Shown here one piece after another: positions 1 through 12,670 of a stretch of DNA of 64,000 nt (position 1 is its first letter; every line of letters starts with the position of its first letter). The stretch is from Octopus sinensis (Eukaryota). The notes beneath the pieces were generated by a model, which searched no databases, had not been told where the DNA came from, and saw only the letters and a list, made by a program, of their open reading frames with translations. The stretch spans positions 125,736,001 through 125,800,000 of the forward strand of contig NC_042999.1 in assembly GCF_006345805.1 (NCBI RefSeq). Reading direction: 5' to 3'. The position numbers were made by a program, and so were the translations under genes.

Positions 1-1455
1 ATCTTTAATAATTATGTCCCATACTAATTATACCAGGCTTTCAAGAATGGTGGCTTCTACAAGAGAATTTCTTACATTCCCAATACTAGGCTAAAGACAA
101 AACTTGCACTTCTCTTTCCTAATGTGGAATCTAAGTCTGCCAAGCTTGCCACTACCCACCCACATCTAATCACCCTGCAATGGATTTTCTTGTGGTCAGC
201 ACTTGCCCAGTATTACAGCCACCCCAGGAGTTGTAAGCTCACCATTCTCTCTCCAAGTTAAATCTTTACCTAAGCTATTTTTCCAAATCCTAAGCTCTAA
301 TTTCCCATTACACCACAAACACTACCCCATCTCTAATAAATCTTCAATTGAAAGCTCATACTTCAAAACACCAAACTTAGGATCTATAATTTGCCTCTTC
401 TAATGGGTGCAAATTTAGATGCCTTACTGTGGGCCCTTTAAACTATTCATTTGGACCCCACCTTAATCCACTAGATACTAATACTATGAACTTTGGGAAT
501 CCTACCCACTTCAATGATAGTCACCCTAGTACCATCAGCCCTAGTTCTAGTAACCTTAACACATGTGACAGTGGTGACACCCTCTTCAGTTCCCATACTA
601 CTAACGATAACACCTCTGGTCCTCTCTTGAGGGTAACTGATCATATGAATCAGCATAGAATAGAGATTAATCCTAAGTCCACTGCTAGAGGGAAAACCTG
701 TAATTGTCAGGTCTCCTAACTATGTCTGTTAGATGGCGTTTGCTTACGTTATAATGTTATATATAAATGTCAAGTAATAACCCCATGGTCTCACCAAACT
801 GGGGTCTATAGTTGTGGCACTGTTGATTTCACATGGCACTACTGGGCTCACCTGAATTCATTCTCAAATGGAGCCTCTAAACTCTCTACCTCCCTGGCTA
901 CATATATACACCAGCTCAAGTCCTAGGATATTCCTCATTCTTATCTTGGTCTGTAGTTTGTGGGGCTTCACCATACAACATTAGCTACCATGTTTGTAAG
1001 TTATGTTGCATGGAATTACTTATTGTTCATCATTATAATACCTCATTACTCAATAGGTTCTCTCGTGTAATCTTGTGTAAGCACAAATTTTATTCCACAT
1101 TTGCCAATTACATAAAGTCTTTATGATTTCTCTTGATTGTGGTTAAGCTCTTTACTTATCTAACTATACTAGCAACACTTTCTCCTTTTCTTCTTATCTC
1201 AGCATACCTTCCTCCACTGCTCCTTTCCTTCATTGCTTATCTATTCATCTGTTTACCTGTCAGATATATATATAGTGTTTTTTCTTTCTGAATATATGTA
1301 GCTATATGTGTGTGTGTGTGCGCACATATATATGTATATGTATATATACAAACACATCTACATATATTCAGAAAGAAAAAATACATTATATATGTACATA
1401 ATATATATATATAACAATATAATATATACATATATATATATATATACATAAAATA

Positions 1456-1692
1456 CACCAATCTGACCGTGGCCGTTGCCAGCCCCGCCTGGCACCTGTG
1501 CAGGTGGCACGTAAAAAGCACCCACTACACTCACGGAGTGGTTGGCGTTAGGAAGGGCATCCAGCTGTAGAAGCATTGCCAGATTAGACTGGAGCCTGGT
1601 GCAGCCTTCTGGCTTCCCAGAACCCCGGTCGAACCGTCCAACCCATGCTAGCATGGAGAACGGACGTTAAACGATGATGATGATGATGATGA
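1456..1692 (+). mobile_element. RTE 3'-end fragment with (GAT)n tail
   Basis: Nearly identical to 14956-15191. Confidence 0.85.
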
Positions 1693-3051
1693 TAGATAAA
1701 TAAAGAAATGGAGTTAAATGCAGACATGTTCCCTTCATCATATATGCAGTAACCACATTCGGTTAAAATGGCTTATTGATATGTTTTGTTTCTCTTTTTT
1801 TCACTAATGAGAAGATCGCATTATTTTACATCATTTTATTCCCTCTGGAATAATACCAATGTTTTCTTCAAAACATATGTCAGAAGTATAAAGATTATAG
1901 TAACACCTGTGTTTAACTCCATTTCTTTACCTATCTATGTTATTTAAAATCATTTCACTAAACCCTGAAATTTCTACCTTTATAAGTAGGTTGTTACATC
2001 TTTGGTACTTATGTGAATTTTTGCTACCGTGCTATTTATTTATATTTTCTGTGTTATTTGTACACATTGAAAAAATACACATTTATATATCTCTTATATA
2101 AAATCCGTTCAGTCTCTGAGTGTGTGTGTGTTCTCAGATCTCAGGCATCCTCCATCCAATTGCGCTCAAATTTTATATGTAGATACCGACGGTATCAGGG
2201 CGTGTATAAGTCTTGAAAAAATTACAAAAATCGATTTCAGGTGAGAATGTGATCGATAAAGCCGTAGGAAATCGTTTTTCTTTGGTTGCATAATCGACTA
2301 TATGGCGCTGATAGGAGTTGCCTCCCTTAACACCAAGTTTGCATATTTCATACACAGTCAATCATTTTTCTTAGCTCAAAATTAGTTACTTAGTTCCCTA
2401 GGTTGTTGCTTTTCATCAAAAATCGCCCCAAGTTGATTTCCTGCATGTTTTATTGGATAAACTTATTATTGTCCCAGGTACGTTCTCATAAATTCATCAT
2501 GCTTTTCCATCTAGAGTTACCTCCAGCTAACACATTTGCATGCATCGTTTTTGTCCTGCTTTTCTTCCGTCAACTTGTACATAACTGCACCTTCCATTTT
2601 TTGTTTTTGTACTGCTTAAAGGCACGTTTCTTTCCTGCCAAGCTTACTGTTTAAACCATGTTTGTGTTCTCCCAGTCAACAGCCTTATCATTACTGGTAC
2701 TTTGAACTCTTCGGTTGCATATTTGTGTGAATAAAATCGTTTTCCTTTGGAATAAAAAAAAAGTCTATCTTTATTTCTTCTTTTGTTGGTGTCTCAAATT
2801 TAGGTTAAATCAGTGTTTCTCAAAGGGGAGGCCTATGGGGCAGTCAGACAAGTTGTTTTGAGAAAATTTGGTGTAAATGTTTGGAAATTGTTCAACAATT
2901 TCCATTTGATTTTGATGTTCATGACTCAATAGGTCTCCTCATGCATGGCATGTTGCCCTATGATCCAAGGTACTTTTTGAGTGGGCTGATTATGTGACAC
3001 TGGCGTACGTTACATGTTGTTATATATATGTATGTATACATATATACGAGC

Positions 3052-3375
3052 AAAATGTCCCCTGTCCAATGGACGGTGCTGGTGGCACATAAAAACACCA
3101 TCTGAACGTGGCTGATACCAGTGTTGCATTGACTGGCTCCCATGCTGGTGGCACATAAAAAGCACCATCCAATCATGGTCGCTGACAGCCTCCTCCGGCC
3201 CGTGTGCCGGTGGCATGTAAAAAAGCACCCACTACAGTCTCAGAGTGGTTGGTGTTAGGAAGGGCATCCAGCTGTAGAAAGACTGCCAGATCAGACTGGA
3301 GTAGCCTCCTGGCTTCTCAGACCTCAGTTGAACTGTCCAACCAATGCCAGCATAGAAAATAGACATTAAACGATG
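3052..3375 (+). mobile_element. Degenerate RTE 3'-UTR/tail fragment
   Basis: Three GGTGGCA(C/T)xTAAAAAGCACC-like units, then the gttggtgttaggaagggcatccagctgtaga...ttaaacgatgat tail. Confidence 0.8.
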
Positions 3376-4914
3376 ATATATAAAACAATATATATACATA
3401 TAAAAGGGGTGGACATCCATTATGCTAGAAGTAGATCCGCTATGGTCTTACTACTAAGAAAGGAATGTTCTCAAGAAAATTTAGCAAATGCCAGAACGTT
3501 AATCATAAACTAGTTTCGCCATTAACACTTACGTGAAATTACTTACGTAATTGTCCATAGCTCATCAGTATAATCGTCATTGCAAATATAATTTGCAGAA
3601 CTATACATGAGATTGAACATGTATAGTTCTACCAAGAGTTATCTTTCACAAGTCTTCGTCTTGGTACACTAAAATACCGGAAATAATTCTCTGCAGTACA
3701 TGTATTTTAAAATTTACTTACAACTTGAAAAATGTCTCATCTAGAAAGCTACTACTAGATCCATCAGAGCTTGGCTGTGACTGAGAGATGAGATTGAAAT
3801 ATATTCACTGGTGGGATCGGGTTGTGCAAGTTTTTGTAACACACACACTTGCACCCTGTCCATCTCCGTCATACTGAAAATTCTGCTGATTCTTGAAGCA
3901 GTTTTGCTTCTAAAATCATAAGAACATTCCTAAGTCAAATATTTTGCAAGTGATAAGTAAACTATGAAAGAGCTATCCTTAAATATGTTGAGTACTTTGA
4001 TCTGCAGACACCTTAGCATTATTACCAAGAATATCTGTATTTATTCTTTGTATATATATGAGACAGACAGATATACAGCCGTTCATAGGATTTGCCCCCA
4101 TCACATGACAACCAGTGTTGGTTTATGTTTGCCTAACTAAACAGCTTGTCAAAAAGAGACTGACAAAGTATCAGGCTTAAAAGAAAATAAGTACTGGGTC
4201 AATTCATTTGATTAAAATTTCTTCAAAGCAGTGCCCCAGTATGACTGAAAGAGATAAAGGATATACTGGGTGAAAACTGAGTTCATTTCGTTACTATGTG
4301 GTCTTGGTTTCTATTTCATTATATCTTGTGGGAAGTATCTCCTACTGTAGCTTTTGACTGACTAATGCCTTTTGAGTGAAATTGATACATAGAAACCCAT
4401 CGGGTGTATGCATGAATGCTTACCTTCCTTTCTTTGTATGAAAAGCATTAAACGAAAACAATGTTTTTTGGGTGCTTGTTTGTATGCAAGTGCGTGTGAA
4501 CATATAAAAAAAAAAATATATATATATATATATACACACACATATCTATACATGTGTGTATCACTGTATATAAAAGAAATACTTTCTTAAAACAAAAATA
4601 CTGACTTAACAATGATGAATTTAAACAAAAAATAAACTTTACTTTTATTGTATGATGGTTAGCAACACATAGATACTGACTGAAATCAAGAAATCAGTCA
4701 AGAGATGAATGTTAACCTCTTAGAAGTTTAAATTTAACTGAATTAAAAGATTGCTTTGGTTTTTTTGTCACTTTTTTCTCTCCTTTAGTTCATTCTCAGA
4801 AGTGTTCTCATTTATTTTGGATCAGAGAAATGCAAAATGAGTTTTATTTACTATGTATTCAATATTTTGATTATTAACTGACAGATCAAAATCGAGATGG
4901 AACGACCATCTGAT

Positions 4915-5132
4915 AACCTTATTTGATGGCATACAAGACATGCAGGCATATTAGGTGCACTCCAATTTCAGCAGCACGTATTCAGGGGAAAAGTTTTTAG
5001 TGCATTGAAACATGTAATATAGGCTCAATTTCACATACAAGGCCTGAGCTGAATTTTTTGAGACAGTTTTTGGAAAATTTTGAGACAGTTGTTTTGGAAA
5101 AAAGTGCATCATATATGCCATCAAATACGGTA
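4915..5132. mobile_element. Tc1/pogo-type MITE
   Basis: Imperfect TIRs of about 20 bp: ACCTTATTTGATGGCATA / TATGCCATCAAATACGGT(A). Confidence 0.55.
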
Positions 5133-6173
5133 GTCTTGTAGATGTGCCATACCAAAAATATATGAAAAGAAGTTTAGAATACAAATGAATATATATATTA
5201 TATATATCAGTGTAAAATACTTTGCATTATATTTATAAGCACATTATATAAGGAAAAATAATAAGAAAACAAAATGAAATCAGAAGATATTGGAATAATA
5301 ACAATCCATGTAAATCTGTAAATGTATGTGCTTCAACCTTGTGCAAGAGTTTTTAAAACATTCAAAAAATTTATGTATATTTATTACTTTATAGAACACT
5401 AAACTTCGTGCACAGTCACAAAGATTTTGGAAATGCATGAAACTGATTAAATCGACTGTCAGTATTTGAAAGGTAGGTAATTTACCAACTGCAGAAAGAT
5501 GAAATGCAAAGCGATCCTTTTTTTCTATTTATTTTCAGGGGGAAAATGTTAAATTTTCAAATTAGATAAACTGTCCAATATTATAACTAGAAAAATAACA
5601 CCGTTTTTTTTCTTTTTAGAAAGAATTCATAATAAGATTCTTTTAACCTAAAATAAACATTTTCATCAATCAAATTGCTTATTTGGTTTAGCACATTGTC
5701 GTTATCATGGTAATGTATTTCTTTGGAAAGGATTTGATTCATTGTCATTCCCCCAAACAAATACTTATTGATTTCTTACCATGAGACATGATGTCACAAA
5801 TACAGTGAAATGGTTTTAACTGAGTATGAATATTTGTGTACATACTCAATTTGTCACATATCTTGAATAAATGCTTAAATAGCTGAGGTACATTTTTGTT
5901 AATAAGATTACAATTTTTCAAAGTATTAAGCTCAGCTGTATACGTAAAATATATTGACACGTTTTTTTGATCTGATTATATTATTAGATGTCTTATTGTG
6001 GTGTGTGTATGTACATACCTACAAATACAATATAAATATATGTATTTCCAGACAGGATTTGAACTAGGAAATATTATCCAAGAATAAGATGTGACAAATA
6101 TAAATAATGATAATTCACACTCTAAAGATAGGGTTAATATACTTAGGAAAATTATCATCTCATTAACTTACAT

Positions 6174-6179
6174 TTTATT
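6174..6179 (-). promoter_or_regulatory. Candidate polyadenylation signal (AATAAA) of HSD17B10
   Basis: First canonical AATAAA I found on the minus strand after the stop (about 470 nt downstream). A variant ATTAAA lies near 6275-6280. AT-rich DNA gives many such hexamers by chance. Confidence 0.3.
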
Positions 6180-6650
6180 TGGTAGTGCTCACCTTCAAAT
6201 TAATACTAATTTAGAAGTTCACTAAGAAATGTAATTAAGCTTAAAAAACAAACAAGAAAAAAGACTTTTTTCATTTTAATAAATTTGTAAAAGCTAAGAG
6301 GGCATGGAATTGTTATATTCTAACATCACAGAAAATAGAAAATATATCTTAATGGATATTTTATATAGTTAATTAATTCCAGTGTGTGTGTGTGTGTGTG
6401 TGTGTGCAAATGCTTTCATGACTGTTTAGGTAGATGTTGTTAACTAAAGTTTCAATAACTAGTAACAAACTATCCCCCGTGATTTCATGTATTTTAGTTT
6501 TAAATCTGTTGTATTTCAAACCAATTTAAACTCATTCTAACTTGTAATTACAGCTAAAGGAATATCAAGCAAAACATTCTCATCAACATGTATTTCCGGT
6601 AGTGAAATAACTATATTTGTGAAGTGGGATCTTGGTCATAACTAAAGACT

Positions 6651-6841
6651 TCAAGGTGACATTCGTAGTGCTCCATCAATACGTATCACCTCTCCGTTCA
6701 ACATTGGATTTTCAATAATAGACTGTACGAGGTGAGCATATTCTGCAGGATCACCAAGTCTGTTGGGAAATGGGACTGTAGATGCTAAGTATTTCCTCAC
6801 TTTCTCAGGCAGGTCTGCCAACAATGGAGTATCATAGAGAC
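6651..6841 (-). CDS. HSD17B10: HSD17B10 last coding exon
   Basis: Acceptor tttatag|GT. 191 nt encoding (G)[62 protein letters not shown]. The total CDS is 21+165+165+238+191=780 nt. The product is 3-hydroxyacyl-CoA dehydrogenase type-2 / 17beta-HSD10 / mitochondrial RNase P subunit MRPP2. Confidence 0.97.
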
Positions 6842-7314
6842 CTATAAATAAAAAAAAAAGAAGCAATCATTTACATTTAAAAGCAAAAAAGAAAACAAGC
6901 TGGTTCAATGTAACACCTGTCTTTCCAGTCACAAACCTTATAGAATGCATAACATATAATCTAATTCATCTAATACTATTCATCTTGTCACAAACTCATT
7001 GTTGATATTTAAAACATTTTTTAAAAACTGCAGCCTGGAATTCTCCTGCAAGTCAACTCCACTTCCTTAAAAACTAAACTGTGACAATACTAGATATAGT
7101 TATCCATACATATATATATATCCATATATAGAAAGTCTGAGAAGACTTACAATAATGATGGGCACTTTCTCTTTTCAAGCTTTCAACAAAAGAAAAACGA
7201 ATGGAATATGTTTTAAATCAAATCTCTTAGTGCCAATTCTGACTATTAACTCACTCGGTCTTGAAATGAGAAGACATTTTCCAGGCAAATTTCAACAACT
7301 TGCTAACTTTAAAC

Positions 7315-7541
7315 CGGTGATTCTCAACCATTTTTTTCCATCTAGAGATCTCCTTTGATTATTTTACTTTGGTGGACCCTCACTCAATGTTTAAAAAGTC
7401 CTATTGTATTATAATTATTAAACATTAGGAATTATATTTAAAAAATTGTTAAAATATTTGGTGTATTGTAAAATTATAAGCAACTTAATGCTTATAAATT
7501 TAAACAAAATATCTTATATGGACCCTGGTTGAGAACCACTG
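7315..7541. mobile_element. hAT-type MITE
   Basis: TIRs CGGTGATTCTCAACCA / TGGTTGAGAACCACTG and a perfect 8-bp TSD CTTTAAAC (7307-7314, 7542-7549). Confidence 0.9.
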
Positions 7542-7589
7542 CTTTAAACTCAAACTAATTCAGCCATATATATATATATATGTAAAAGT

Positions 7590-7720
7590 AAAAAAAAAAA
7601 ATACTAACTGGGACAAGAACGTGAAACAACTAGAAGACGACACAAGAAACACAGGACGGGACATTCGAAGCCCTCAATCATCAGTCAAGAACTGGATCAT
7701 CTTCGCAATTTCGGCTGATT
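7590..7720 (-). repeat. Repeat fragment between (TA)n/(CA)n tracts with CUGAUGA and CAGCCGAAA motifs (Penelope-like?)
   Basis: The minus strand reads ...atcagccGAAAttgcg...ttgaCTGATGAttgagggcttcGAAtgtc.... It does not fold into a canonical hammerhead. Confidence 0.35.
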
Positions 7721-7746
7721 ACACACACGTGTGTGTATATATATAT

Positions 7747-7787
<41 letters not shown>

Positions 7788-7790
7788 TAT

Positions 7791-8100
7791 CATGTGATCA
7801 CGTGACTGACCAGGCTATCAGATGTTGCTACATATCGCTGGTCACAATGCGCTTCATATTGTTTTAGCCTTCAAATGATGCCACCCCGCTGGCTAAGCGA
7901 GCAGGCCAACAGAAGAGTGAGAGAAAGTTGTCGTGAAAGAACACAGCAGGGAAGCCCCCCTCCCTCCCCACTGCCGGAACCTCATGGAGCTTTAGATGTT
8001 TCGGCTCAATAAACACTCACAATGCCCGGTCTGGGAATTGAAACCGCGATCCTACGACCGCAAGTCCGCTGCCCTAACTACTGGGTCATTGCGCCTCCAC
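7791..8100 (-). mobile_element. tRNA-derived SINE (head resembles tRNA-Arg-related octopus SINEs)
   Basis: The minus-strand head GTGGAGGCGCAATGACCCAGTAGTTAGGGCAGCGGACTTGCGGTCGTAGGATCGCGGTTTCAATTCCC has A/B-box-like motifs and ends in (TA)n. Confidence 0.75.
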
Positions 8101-9372
8101 ACACATATATATCTTCTCCAAGTCTTATTTTAAATAATTTATTTTTATGGGAGGATGCAAGGATTAATAATATTGGTTTCTGATATAAGCAACCCAAAGT
8201 ATGATGGAGAAGAAGAGTTACATCAACCATTTTTTGACAGGTTCTTATCTTTTTCTCAGTCTTGAAAAGATGAAAGGTAAACTTTCATTTTTTGATAACA
8301 GTGGTTTTTGAACTGAGAACATATCTAAATTTCACAAAGCATTTAGTTTGGAACTCTAGAGATTTTTCTATCAAGTGTCCTTAATACATATTGATATTGC
8401 TTTCATTATTTAAGTTTTCAGATGACCATATTTACCATGTAAAAATGAAATAAATGAAACATTCCACCATGTAAAACTCTAAAATTTATTTTACCACACA
8501 TAAAAAATTAAAGTCTCTAAAACTAAACAAAGAGTGTGAGTGTATGTGTATAAATATATATAAATATGATAGAGAAGCAGTTGCATGGCTTTGTGGATGC
8601 AAAGCTTGCTTTGTTGCCATGTGGTTTTGGGATCAATCTCCTAGCATGGCACTTTGAGGAAGTGTCTTTTCCAGTAGCATTGGGTTGAACAATGCCTTGT
8701 GGGTGAAATTGCTAGAAGGAAATTGTATGGAAGCCTGTAATATGTGTGTGCCAACATTCCTCACATTGCATGAAAAGCACTGAGTTAAAGATAATATTTG
8801 ATGACTTTCCTTGCAAACAAAATCATTCTCTAGCTATGCACTTCTGAAGGTGTATGGAATAAAACATCCCTTATTTGAAAATCAGATAAGGGTTAATGAC
8901 ATGAAAGACATCTGGTTGTAAAACAGTGCCTCAATAATATGTATTCATCCAACCAATGTTATATGGATGTATTATATCTTGTGCATACAGTTAGAGATAC
9001 AACTACTGTTGATTTTAGAGCTTCGTGTAGATTTTTATCATCCAGTCTGCTTCCAGTACAGTGCTTAGGTTTCTCCTGATTATAAAACCCAGAGCAAATG
9101 TAGGAGAAATTATGATGAAGACAAATTTATATCATTTGTTTCCTACATGTATTTTACTGTTGTGGTAGATTGAAATGACAGCCCTGGATATTCCAAGTGC
9201 AACTGGATGCTTAAAAACAACAGATCATCAGGGGAACACTTGCCACATGGAATACTGTTGTTCCAAACAATCAAAACAGTGAAACATAAAGAAGGAAATG
9301 AAAATTTTTTATCAATTTCTCGCATGCATGTAGAGCCTGAATATTCAAGGGAGATAATAATAAATGACTTAC

Positions 9373-9610
9373 CTGGAGCAACAGTCATACAACGAATTCC
9401 TTGAGATGCAAGGTCTCTAGCAAGGGGCAAAGTCATACCAACAATTGCTCCTTTGCTAGCTGAATAAGCAACTTGACCCATTTGTCCATCAAAGGCTGCA
9501 ACACTAGCTGTATTAACAACAACACCTCTATGCCCACCAGCATTTGGCTCATTTTTGCCCATCAAACCAACAGCAAGCCTGATTACATTAAAAGATCCAC
9601 AAGTGTTCAC
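9373..9610 (-). CDS. HSD17B10: HSD17B10 coding exon 4 (catalytic Ser and YxxxK)
   Basis: Acceptor tttaaag|GTG and donor CCAG|gtaagt. 238 nt encoding [12 protein letters not shown]...[47 protein letters not shown]. Confidence 0.97.
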
Positions 9611-9891
9611 CTTTAAAACAAAGTAGATGCAACTTAAGTTTGCATAAATAACACATTCAAGTCTTTATTCTATGAGCCAAGTTAAAAAAAAAAATCCAAT
9701 TTATGCAACCAAACTTCTCTTACATGAGATACTGATTTATTATTATTTGCAATGAATTTTTGCCATTGGATAAAACTAGTCTCAAAACTACATTTATGTT
9801 TAGATTACTGCTATTTAGGACCTTATTAATGTGGGAATCATATTTCAGATATTAAAACTGTAAATAACACTATAGCTATTCTAGTAATACC

Positions 9892-11576
9892 TCATCACCA
9901 TCATTTAACGTCTGTTTTCCATGCTAGCATGGGTTGGACGGTTTGACCGAGGTCTGGAGAGCCAGCAGCTGCACCAGGCTCCAATCTGATCTGGCAATGT
10001 TTCTACAGATGGATGCCCTTCCTAACACCAAACACTTTGAGAGTGTAGTGGGTGCTTTTTATGAGCGGCTAGCTCAGGAGCCAGTCAAGTGGGCTGGCAA
10101 TGATCACATTTGGATGGTGCTTTTTACGTACCACCGGCACAGAAGCCACACTCTTCACTACACTCGTTACCAACCCTCACTTTACTGACAGCATCCCTGT
10201 ACAGAGCTTGTACAGCTCTTACCAGCCACTTATCTATCCCCAGTTTCCGCATTGACCACCAGATAAGGGATTGGGGGATCATGTCAAAGGCTTTCTCCAA
10301 ATCAACAAAAGCCAAGTACAAAGGTTTATCTTTGGCTAGATATCTCTCCTGCAGTTGCCTTATCAGAAATATAGCATCAGTGGTGCTTCTGCCTGGCACA
10401 AAACCGAACTGCATCTCATCTAGGCTAACTCTCTCCGTAATTAGTTGGGCTATGACCCTTTCTGTAACTTAAATCACCTGATCCAATAATTTGATATGCC
10501 TGTAGTTATTTCTATCTAAAGCATCACCTTTACCCTTGTAGCAGTAGACTATGGTGCTGCTGCACTAGTCATTAGATATGACTCCTTCATGAACTACCTG
10601 ATTTACAATGCAGGTGACAAGATCATAACCCACACTGCTCGATACTTTAAGCATCCCAGTGGTGATTCCTGATGGACCAGGTGCTTTCCCTGTCTTCATA
10701 TCCTTAATTGCTTTATCTACCTGGGTACTGTCAATTCAGATAGCTGGTCTCTCAATTGGGTCAATCTTTGGCAGACTCTCCTCCCCACATTCATTCTCCA
10801 CAGCAGTCTTTCATAATGGCTTCTCCAAGCCTCTTTCTTTGCAGAATCATTAAATGGAAGGGTACAATCATCCATGTGGACACATTTCTCTCCTATGACA
10901 TCATGGTTTTCTCACACACAGTCTTGCAATCTATTGGACCTCACATAGCTGAACATTGGGTAACTACTACTTTTCTGCTACTCCCTTGGCTATATATACT
11001 TGTCTCTTAGCTTCCCTTTTGGCTATCTGATACATTCTCTTGCTACCCCAACTCTTCCAGGAATTCCAAGCCCGTTTCTTTGCTCTATTGGCCCTGTCTA
11101 CAGTATTGTTCCACCATCATGTTAACCTAGGTCTGGAAAGGATTTTGCATCAGCCACAGATTTGGTCTGTGGCACTCAGCAAGCTGTCTTGCAGGAATTA
11201 CCAGCTGCCTTCTATGTCACAGGACTAGCTCCTCCCTATCATCAAATTTCTCAGTATGGATATCTCTAAATCTCTGACCATGTGAAGGGTTCCTAAGCTT
11301 CCAAGTCCTTCTTTTCCAGATTGGTCTGGTTTTTGGCATCCTTCTGGCCTCGAGTCTAAAGTCACTAATAACTTGTCTATGTTGGGGTGGTGGGTACATT
11401 CTTCACCAGGGAAGGTTTTTGTATTTAAGAACAACCATGCATCCTGTTGTCTGATGAGAATGAAATCAATCTGGCTAGTAGTCACCTGATCAATAGGTTA
11501 TCAGGTGGATAGCTGGCTTCCTGAAGTTGGTGTTGCAGATCAATAGGTTATATGCATCGTAGAACTCCAGGAGCCT
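9892..11576 (-). mobile_element. Degenerate RTE copy with a large internal deletion, in HSD17B10 intron 3
   Basis: The tail and 3' UTR (9892 to about 10148) join directly to mid-RT sequence (SKVRVGNECSEE), with frameshifted RT/APE remnants running to about 11576. YADD, the PHD and the C-terminus are absent. Confidence 0.92.
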
Positions 11577-11951
11577 ACCAACATCATTTGAGATATACAG
11601 AGATAGATTATGGTTTACAAATAAATAGAAAGACTTTGCTCTTTTTGTTTTGATAATTGAAAATCCTTGTAAGAAAATATTAATTGAAAGATTATTTATA
11701 CCTTCACATATTTTGTCACACAATTTCATTATTGACCAAACAATAGTTAAGAGAGTTGATCAGAAAAAGCAATTTCCAGAAGAATTTAAATAAAATATAT
11801 TCTCTACCAGCCCACAAATTATAGTCTGATCAGTGTTCTTCTAACCCATTCTTCATGAATTAATGTTTTATAATACTCACATAATCGTTTTTTTTAAACT
11901 ACAGTAGCAGTTATATTTAGTGACTTCTGACTTACAAATTGAAATATTTAA

Positions 11952-12162
11952 CCCTTTAGCAATCAGATTATTCTGTCAAATGTAATGCTTTTTCATTCAC
12001 ATTGTCTTAATTATGCATTATCTCATAGCATTGAAATCTTTATGATGTGATTGTATATTTTAAAAATAACATTGAAGGGTAGGTGTGATAGGCTGGATCT
12101 GGCAGTTTGAACATAAAACATAGCATATTTGGACTGTTAGAGCTGGTTTAAATGCTGGAGGG
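11952..12162. mobile_element. Non-autonomous piggyBac-like MITE
   Basis: TTAA on both sides (11948-11951, 12163-12166) with termini CCCTTTAGCA...TGCTGGAGGG. A degenerate partial copy lies at about 49272-49440. Confidence 0.75.
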
Positions 12163-12420
12163 TTAAATCTCTCTTTTCAAACACTTCCCAGCATTGTAGA
12201 AGTTCTAAATTTTTCAGATTTAATTGTTCATAATGAAAATTACAGATTTGCTACATGTTATATTAACTGCACAATTAGCAACTTTTGATACATAGTTTTT
12301 TTTTTTTTTTTTTTTTTTAAATACTTATTGATCTGAGAAACAAGTACTTTGTTAAAACAGACCATTATAATTATTTAAGAAAAAATTCACTGAGTATATA
12401 TGCATTTCTATATATATCTC

Positions 12421-12496
12421 ATCATCATTTAACGTCCATTTTCCATGCTGGTTGGACAGTTTGACAGGAACAGGGAAGTCAGAATACTACAAGCTC
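12421..12496 (-). mobile_element. Very short RTE-type tail fragment fused to the exon-3 copy
   Basis: The plus strand reads atcatcatttaacgtccattttccatgctggttggacagtttgac..., which aligns with the tail at 9892-9975. Confidence 0.75.
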
Positions 12497-12598
12497 TTAA
12501 AATTGTAGACTTTGAAAGCTACAATACCAGCACAATTTACCATTGCATCAAGCCGACCAAAGTGGTTTTTGGCAATTGCTTGTGCTTTACTCATCATC
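12497..12598 (-). pseudogene. Partial duplicate of HSD17B10 exon 3 within intron 3
   Basis: 12497-12580 aligns to 13568-13654 with 6 mismatches in 84 nt plus one 3-nt gap. It translates as [30 protein letters not shown] versus [31 protein letters not shown]. Confidence 0.93.
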
Positions 12599-12630
12599 TA
12601 TTTAATTTCTCTAATACATACATACACGTG

Positions 12631-12670
<40 letters not shown>

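Noticed and set aside
200-720. ORFs 203-403, 429-719 and 471-656 as exons of a third gene
   Set aside because: There is no recognisable domain or consistent splice chain. It is probably a decayed retroelement, but I cannot assign it.
2170-2660. Possible piggyBac-like relic (palindrome GATACCGACGGTATC and a Cys-poor remnant on the minus strand)
   Set aside because: Too degenerate. No TIR pair, TSD or catalytic motif could be confirmed.
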